Below the pieces are notes generated by a model. That model was not told the DNA's origin and did no database searches. It saw only the letters and a program-made list of their open reading frames with translations. 64,000 bases of DNA, taken from contig CBDBCY010000004.1 of NCBI GenBank assembly GCA_965203555.1, positions 1,184,001-1,248,000 on the forward strand, given 5' to 3'. Source of the stretch: Acidimicrobiia bacterium (GTDB lineage: Bacteria > Actinomycetota > Acidimicrobiia > Spongiisociales > ZC4RG35). Shown here piece by piece: positions 58,357-64,000 of this stretch (positions within the stretch are counted from its first letter, which is position 1; every line of letters begins with the position of its first letter). A program made the position numbers and the translations under genes.

Positions 58357-59265
58357 TCAAGGTCGCGGACGAGAGCGGGAAATGCAGCGGAATCCGATGT
58401 GGCTGGTGGATGTGTCAACGGTCTGGGGCTGGCGGGCAGCGGGACGGTATCGGAAGCAGTACTGGATAGTGCACAGGTGCGATCCTCCTTTGATCACGCC
58501 AGTCGGCAGGGAATCGTCGGAGGCGGGCTGCGGGGCGCAGCAGGGCAACGCCGACGCTTCGACTGAAGGATGCCGGTAGGGATCGCAGGTCCATTCCCAC
58601 ACGTTGCCGGCCATGTCGTGGAGGCCGTAACCGTTGGGTGGGTAGGCGCCGACCGGGCTGGTGTACGTCCATCCGTCCAACTCGGTGTTCTCATAAGGGA
58701 ACCGGCCTTGCCAGGTGTTGGCCAGGGGCGCTTCTTCCTGTGGGTCGTCATCACCCCAGGTGAACTCGGCGCCGTCCAGCCCGCCCCGGGCGGCGTACTC
58801 CCACTCGGCTTCGGTGGGCAACTGCATACCGGCCCAGTGTGCGTAGGCCTCCGCGTCCGGGTAGGCGACATGCACAACCGGATGGTTGTCGAGACCGTCC
58901 AGGGATGATCCCGGTCCGCGGGGATGGCGCCAGTCGGCGTCCGGGGTCCAGGCCCACCAGCGCCAGAACTCCCCCAGGTTCACCGGCCCGGGTGTCATCC
59001 GGAAGACAAGCGATCCGGGAACCAGGTCCTCGGGTTGGACGTCCTGGTATACAGCAGGGTCGGGAGGCCGCTCCGCAAGAGTTGGATAACCGGTGGCCTC
59101 GACGAACCGCCGGAACTGGCGGTTGGTGACCGGGTGAGTATCAACCGTGAACGGCTCGACCGTTACGGTTCGAACGGGGCTCTCTTCGGGATAGTGGTGA
59201 TCCGACCCCATCGAGAACTCACCGCCCGGGAGCCGGACCTGCCGATGATCGGGCGAAGTTATCAT
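58357..59265 (-). CDS. Formylglycine-generating enzyme (FGE/SUMF1)
   Basis: LPTEAEWEYAARGG, DMAGNVWEW and catalytic KGGSHLCTIQYCFRYRPAAR. Confidence 0.92.
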   Translation of the reverse strand: MITSPDHRQVRLPGGEFSMGSDHHYPEESPVRTVTVEPFTVDTHPVTNRQFRRFVEATGYPTLAERPPDPAVYQDVQPEDLVPGSLVFRMTPGPVNLGEFWRWWAWTPDADWRHPRGPGSSLDGLDNHPVVHVAYPDAEAYAHWAGMQLPTEAEWEYAARGGLDGAEFTWGDDDPQEEAPLANTWQGRFPYENTELDGWTYTSPVGAYPPNGYGLHDMAGNVWEWTCDPYRHPSVEASALPCCAPQPASDDSLPTGVIKGGSHLCTIQYCFRYRPAARQPQTVDTSTSHIGFRCISRSRPRP

Positions 59266-59331
59266 CCAACAGGCAAATTACACGTGCCCGGTGAACTCCG
59301 GATCACCCAGGCCCGGCAAGAGAGGACAGAG

Positions 59332-60219
59332 ATGAGCAAGGTCGGTTTTGTCGGCGTGGGAGTGATGGGCATGCCCATGGCGCTCAACCTGATGGCAGGG
59401 GGGCATCAGGTGCGGGTCTTCGACATAGCCCCTTCCGCTGTGGAAGCCGCCGGGCGAAGCGGGGCCGAGGTGGCCATCTCTCCGAAAGATGCTGCGCAAG
59501 GGGCCGATTTCGTCATCACGATGCTGCCAACCGGCAGGCATGTGGCGGACGCAGTGTTCGGCGCTGACGGCATCGCCGAGTCACTGGGCGAAGACTCTCT
59601 GCTGATCGAGATGAGCACCGGGCTCCCCGGTGACTTCGATTCATTGGCGGACCGGTTGAGGTCCCAGGGAAGACGGGCGATAGACGCACCGGTCGGGCGA
59701 ACCTCCAAGGAAGCCGAGGAGGGAACCCTCCTGATCATGGTGGGAGGTGAAACCGAGGACGTGGAACGGGCTCGCCCGATATTGGACTGTATGGGCGACA
59801 CCATCGTCCATTGTGGCCCCGCCGGTGCGGGGATCCGCACCAAGCTGGTCAACAATTACCTTTCGATAGTCTCCAACGTGGTGGTGGCCGAGGCGTTGGC
59901 CATCGCCGAGGGCGCGGGTCTCGACCGGGACACCGTGATTGAGGTGCTGATGGGGACCACCGCGGGGCGGGGCCATCTGGGTACCACCTATCCGGCCAAA
60001 GTCCTCGCCGGCGACGTGGAACCGGGTTTCATGATCGACCTGGCCCGCAAAGACCTGGGCCTTGCCCTGCAAATGAGCACCGGCAATGGCTCGCCGGTGG
60101 TGATGGGAACTTGTGCTCTGCCGGTCTATGACGCCGCCCACCACCAGGGCATGGGTCGTTTGGACTGGACCGCCGTATACAGCATGGTGAGCGGCAAGGA
60201 TGCGAGACCGGGCGGGTAG
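59332..60219 (+). CDS. yihU: Sulfolactaldehyde reductase-like beta-hydroxyacid dehydrogenase
   Basis: GVGVMG; DAPVGRTS (GRT sulfonate pocket); KLVNNY, GRGH..TYPAKVL, FMIDLARKDLG. Confidence 0.78.
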   Translation: MSKVGFVGVGVMGMPMALNLMAGGHQVRVFDIAPSAVEAAGRSGAEVAISPKDAAQGADFVITMLPTGRHVADAVFGADGIAESLGEDSLLIEMSTGLPGDFDSLADRLRSQGRRAIDAPVGRTSKEAEEGTLLIMVGGETEDVERARPILDCMGDTIVHCGPAGAGIRTKLVNNYLSIVSNVVVAEALAIAEGAGLDRDTVIEVLMGTTAGRGHLGTTYPAKVLAGDVEPGFMIDLARKDLGLALQMSTGNGSPVVMGTCALPVYDAAHHQGMGRLDWTAVYSMVSGKDARPGG

Positions 60220-60275
60220 GATTCCCCTCCAGCCGGTACGCCCGTGTCGCATCCCATATCGACCGGGGCGTGGTT

Positions 60276-62696
60276 CTACAGGGGGCGGACGGTAACCCTG
60301 GTCACCGAGCCCAGAGGAGACGCGCCGGGTTGATTGAAGGGAACGTATACGACCCTTCTGTGGAGGGAGGCATCTATATCGGCCTCGACCTCCAAGACGC
60401 CCTGAGACGAAGCAACCCTGACCCGGTCGCCGGGCGCCACTCCCAAACCTTGCGCGTCGGAGGGATGCAGATATACCGCCGTCCCCGGCGCCAGAGGGCG
60501 CAATGAGGGGCTTTCTCTTATCATCACCCCGTCGTCATACATGGTGCGGGCATAGTGCAGGGCCATCTGGCCCGGTCCCGGAGGAGAACCGCCGCCGTTC
60601 CCGTAGACCGGGATGTAGCCGAGATTCCCACCCACCATGATCCCGTCCCGATCTTCCCAGTCGAGCCGGTCCCAGTTCACGCCCCGGTAGATATCGGCGA
60701 ACTCCTCGATCTCCTCACTGATCTGCTGAGCGGAGACAAGACCGAGATCCACCCCCAGCCGGGCGGCCAGATCGGCCAGAATGGCCCAGTCGGCCCTGCT
60801 CTGACCCGGGCCTGGGGTGAGGCGGTTCACTTTGAGGACGCGGCTCTCGATGTTGGTGACGGTGCCTTCGACTTCGGCAAAGCCCATCGCCGGGAACACC
60901 ACATCGGCCATTTTGGAACTGTCGGTGAGAAACTGATCTATCGCCACCACCAGACCCGCGTTCTCCAAGGCTCGACGGGCCTGGTCCCCGTCAGGTACGT
61001 CGCGCACCGGATCAGCGCCCATCAGGATCAAGGCTTCGATCTCCCCGGACTCCAAACCATCCAGTATCCCCCGGCAGTCTTTCCCCGAAGCTGCCGGGAA
61101 TTCGCCCCATCGCTCGGCCAACATCTGGGCGGCCAAGGTGCCCCGCTGGGCCCTGCCGGGCAGCAGAGCGGGGCTGAGGCCCATGTCCAGGGCGCCGAAC
61201 ACATTCCCGCGGCGGGCCAGGGGCAGGATGGTTGCCCCGGGAAGGGTACGGACGAAGGCTGCCGCCGCCTCGGTCAGATCGGGGCTCTCACCATATCCGG
61301 GCCTACCCAGAAGAGCCACCACCGGACCCCGGGACAGGACTTCTTTCGCTTCGGCCATCCTTCCCTCGCCGGCGATCAGTTCGGAAAGCACCTGTCCGCC
61401 TGTTCCGGGCTGATAGGTGATCTTCACGGCAGCGCGGTCGTCCAGTCCCGTGCGGCGGGGATGGATCACCACCAGTCCTGCTCCCAGTTCCTGGGCCGCC
61501 CGGCGCACCCGCAAGTACAGGGTGGGGTGCTCCTCTTTCAGGTCCGGTCCCCACACCAGAATGGAATCCGCCTTTTCCAGGTCACTGATCCTGGCCCTGT
61601 CCACCACTCCCGACAGCAGCCGGGGATCGAGCCCGTCGTCCATCTGGCAGTCGACGTTGTTGGTGCCCACTGCGGACCGCAGGAACTTGGAGAACGCGTA
61701 GGCATCCTCATTGGTCGAACGGGCCCCTCCCAATCCTGCCACCGCCCTCCCTCCCGCACGCGCGAGAACCTCGCCAAGAGCCCGGCCGGCATGGTCCAGA
61801 GCCTCGCCCCAGGTAGCCTCCTCCAACTCGCCCTGTTCGTTCCGAGTCAGGGGAACGGTGAGCCGCGCCGGGGAGGATACGTACTCGAACCCGAAGCGGC
61901 ACTTGTCGGAGAGCCAACCCTGGTTGGTGGGTTCAGAGTCCACACCCAGGATCCGCAGCAGCCGGTTCTGGCTGGACTGGAGATTTATACGGTCGCCGCT
62001 CGAACAATGCTGGCAGGTGGACTCGACCGCGGTGAGATCCCAGGGACGGGCCCGAAAGCGATAGGGGGTGGCGGTTAGAGCGCCCACCGGACAGATCTGG
62101 ACCGTGTTGCCGGAAAAGTAGGAACGGAACGGCTCGTCGGGGAAAGTGTTGACTTGGGTGTAGTTGCCGCGGTCCTGGAATTCGATCAGGGGATCTCCCG
62201 AAACCTCCTCGGAGAAGCGGGTGCACCGGGCGCAGAGAATGCACCGCTCGCGGTCCAGCATGACCAGTTCGGAGATCGGGATGGGCTTTTCGAAGTGGCG
62301 CTTTTCCTCCACGAACCGGCTCTCGCCCGGTCCGTATGCCATGGTCTGATCCTGGAGAGGACACTCCCCTGCCCGGTCGCACACCGGGCAGTCCAGCGGA
62401 TGGTTGATCAACAGGAACTCCAGCACGCCCTCCTGGGCCTTCTTTACGGTCGGATTGGTGGTGTCCACCGTCATGCCGTCGCTGACCGGCGTGGTGCAGG
62501 AGGTCACCATGAGGGGGCCCCGAGGGGTCTCGATCTCCACCAGGCACATGCGGCACATTCCCACCGGATTCATGCGGGGGTGCCAGCAGAAGCGGGGAAT
62601 GTACACGCCGTTGTCCTGGGCGGCCTTGATGAGCATTTCTCCGGGCCGGGCGCTCACTTCCCTGCGGTCGATGGTTACGGATACCGGCTCAGACAA
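60276..62696 (-). CDS. nuoG: NADH-quinone oxidoreductase subunit G
   Basis: IPRFCWH, GMCRMCLVE, NHPLDCPVCD, RCILCARC. Confidence 0.95.
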   Translation of the reverse strand: MSEPVSVTIDRREVSARPGEMLIKAAQDNGVYIPRFCWHPRMNPVGMCRMCLVEIETPRGPLMVTSCTTPVSDGMTVDTTNPTVKKAQEGVLEFLLINHPLDCPVCDRAGECPLQDQTMAYGPGESRFVEEKRHFEKPIPISELVMLDRERCILCARCTRFSEEVSGDPLIEFQDRGNYTQVNTFPDEPFRSYFSGNTVQICPVGALTATPYRFRARPWDLTAVESTCQHCSSGDRINLQSSQNRLLRILGVDSEPTNQGWLSDKCRFGFEYVSSPARLTVPLTRNEQGELEEATWGEALDHAGRALGEVLARAGGRAVAGLGGARSTNEDAYAFSKFLRSAVGTNNVDCQMDDGLDPRLLSGVVDRARISDLEKADSILVWGPDLKEEHPTLYLRVRRAAQELGAGLVVIHPRRTGLDDRAAVKITYQPGTGGQVLSELIAGEGRMAEAKEVLSRGPVVALLGRPGYGESPDLTEAAAAFVRTLPGATILPLARRGNVFGALDMGLSPALLPGRAQRGTLAAQMLAERWGEFPAASGKDCRGILDGLESGEIEALILMGADPVRDVPDGDQARRALENAGLVVAIDQFLTDSSKMADVVFPAMGFAEVEGTVTNIESRVLKVNRLTPGPGQSRADWAILADLAARLGVDLGLVSAQQISEEIEEFADIYRGVNWDRLDWEDRDGIMVGGNLGYIPVYGNGGGSPPGPGQMALHYARTMYDDGVMIRESPSLRPLAPGTAVYLHPSDAQGLGVAPGDRVRVASSQGVLEVEADIDASLHRRVVYVPFNQPGASPLGSVTRVTVRPL

Positions 62697-63984
62697 GAGA
62701 ACAACCTCTCCCGTGGATGTGCTCCATGATCTCGTCCTTGAAGTAGGTGGTGATAGCGAGGATAGGCGAGACCGCCGAGGGACCCAGCGGACAGATGGTG
62801 GTCATCCGGGGCGGCCAGGCCAGCCCCGGAGAGATGTTGTCGGAGATGTCGAGCAGCATGTCGATGTCCACCTCCCGCCCGGCCCCCTCCCGGATGCGAC
62901 GCAGCACGCGCTCCATCCAGGAGCATCCCTCCCGGCAAGGTGTGCACTGCCCGCACGACTCGTGGGCGAAGAACCGGACCACCCGTTCGGCGGCCCGCAG
63001 GACACAGGTGGTCTCGTCCATGATCACCACTGCTCCCGACCCCAGCATCGACCCGGCCTTGGCTGTGTCGTCCAAAGTAACCGGTAGATCGAGGTGGAGA
63101 TCCGGAACGAACCACGGCGCCGAGGCACCCCCGGGGATCCAGCATTTGAGCGCCCGGTCGCCGGGTATCCCCCCCGCCACCTCGAAGATCAGTTCTCTCC
63201 AGCTGAGTCCCATCACCAACTCGTAGTTGCCCGGACGGCGCACATGCCCGGAGATGGAGAAGAGCCGGGTGCCCCGGGAGCCGTCCGGTCCGATCGAGGA
63301 AAACGCCTTTCCTCCGTTCTCGATGATCCAGGGGATGTTGGACAGGGTCTCCACGTTGTTGACGATGGTGGGCTTCATGTACAGTCCCTTGGCCGCCGGA
63401 TAGTAGGGCGGTTTCAACCGGGGTTCTCCCCTCCGCCCCTCCAGACTGTTCAGAAGCGCCGTCTCCTCACCGCAAATGTAGGCGCCCGCTCCCAGATGCA
63501 CGGTGACATCCAGGTCATATCCGGTCCCCAGGATGTCCGTACCCAGGTAGCCGGCGGAGTAGGCCTCGTCCACCGCCGCCTGAATCCGCCGCGCCGAGCG
63601 GGGGTATTCACCCCGGATGTAGATGAATGCATGATGGACATCGCTGGCGTAGGAGGCGATGATGGTCCCCTCCAGCATCTGGTGGGGATCGCGTTCCATG
63701 AGTTGACGGTCCTTGAATGTGCCGGGCTCGGATTCGTCCCCGTTCACCACCAGGTAGGCAGGTTTGCCCGGCGCCAGGAATCCCCATTTGACCCCGCAGG
63801 GAAAACCCGCCCCGCCCCGACCTCGCAGGTCGGCGCTCCGTACCTCTCCGGTCACCTCTTTAGCCGACATCCCCAGGGCCTTGGGGAGCGAGCGGTATCC
63901 ACCCGTGGCCAGGTAACGGTCCAGGGTGTGGCTGTCGGCCGGAAAACGGTCCATCCGGTCGGTGATGATGCTGGGTGCGCTCAC
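62689..63984 (-). CDS. nuoF: NADH-quinone oxidoreductase subunit F
   Basis: LRGRGGAGFP, GAGAYICGEETALL, ESCGQCTPCREG. Confidence 0.96.
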   Translation of the reverse strand: MSAPSIITDRMDRFPADSHTLDRYLATGGYRSLPKALGMSAKEVTGEVRSADLRGRGGAGFPCGVKWGFLAPGKPAYLVVNGDESEPGTFKDRQLMERDPHQMLEGTIIASYASDVHHAFIYIRGEYPRSARRIQAAVDEAYSAGYLGTDILGTGYDLDVTVHLGAGAYICGEETALLNSLEGRRGEPRLKPPYYPAAKGLYMKPTIVNNVETLSNIPWIIENGGKAFSSIGPDGSRGTRLFSISGHVRRPGNYELVMGLSWRELIFEVAGGIPGDRALKCWIPGGASAPWFVPDLHLDLPVTLDDTAKAGSMLGSGAVVIMDETTCVLRAAERVVRFFAHESCGQCTPCREGCSWMERVLRRIREGAGREVDIDMLLDISDNISPGLAWPPRMTTICPLGPSAVSPILAITTYFKDEIMEHIHGRGCSLV

Positions 63985-64000
63985 CGTTTTATCCGTCTTG

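Noticed and set aside
63981-64000. 3' end of nuoE
   Set aside because: Expected from gene order, but 20 bases are too few to support a call

Overview
This GC-rich bacterial window is probably from an Acidimicrobiia-like actinomycete. That is an inference from lipoproteins with TTAAP/EP linkers, SLH-like modules of the GC...F/YCP type and the style of NuoG, and the organism may be host-associated. Most of the window is ABC uptake systems (two sugar, one peptide, one Fur-boxed metal-chelate) with catabolic enzymes of unknown substrate. It also holds glpK, a yihU-like reductase, an FGE gene, nuoF and nuoG, two SLH-like surface proteins and two low-GC two-gene islets. The main unexplained signals are: (1) a ~260-bp non-coding element present twice in opposite orientation (37242-37510 and 58011-58269), each copy with its own sigma70-type promoter and conserved, compensatory helices; (2) an 877-bp intragenic duplication in an iron-binding protein and an SLH-protein N-terminus, both with a sharply bounded G/T skew on the coding strand; (3) a perfect Fur-type box ahead of an operon that joins a doubled binding protein, a PLP enzyme and a cytoplasmic S9 peptidase. 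All family calls come from motif recognition by eye; no searches were run.
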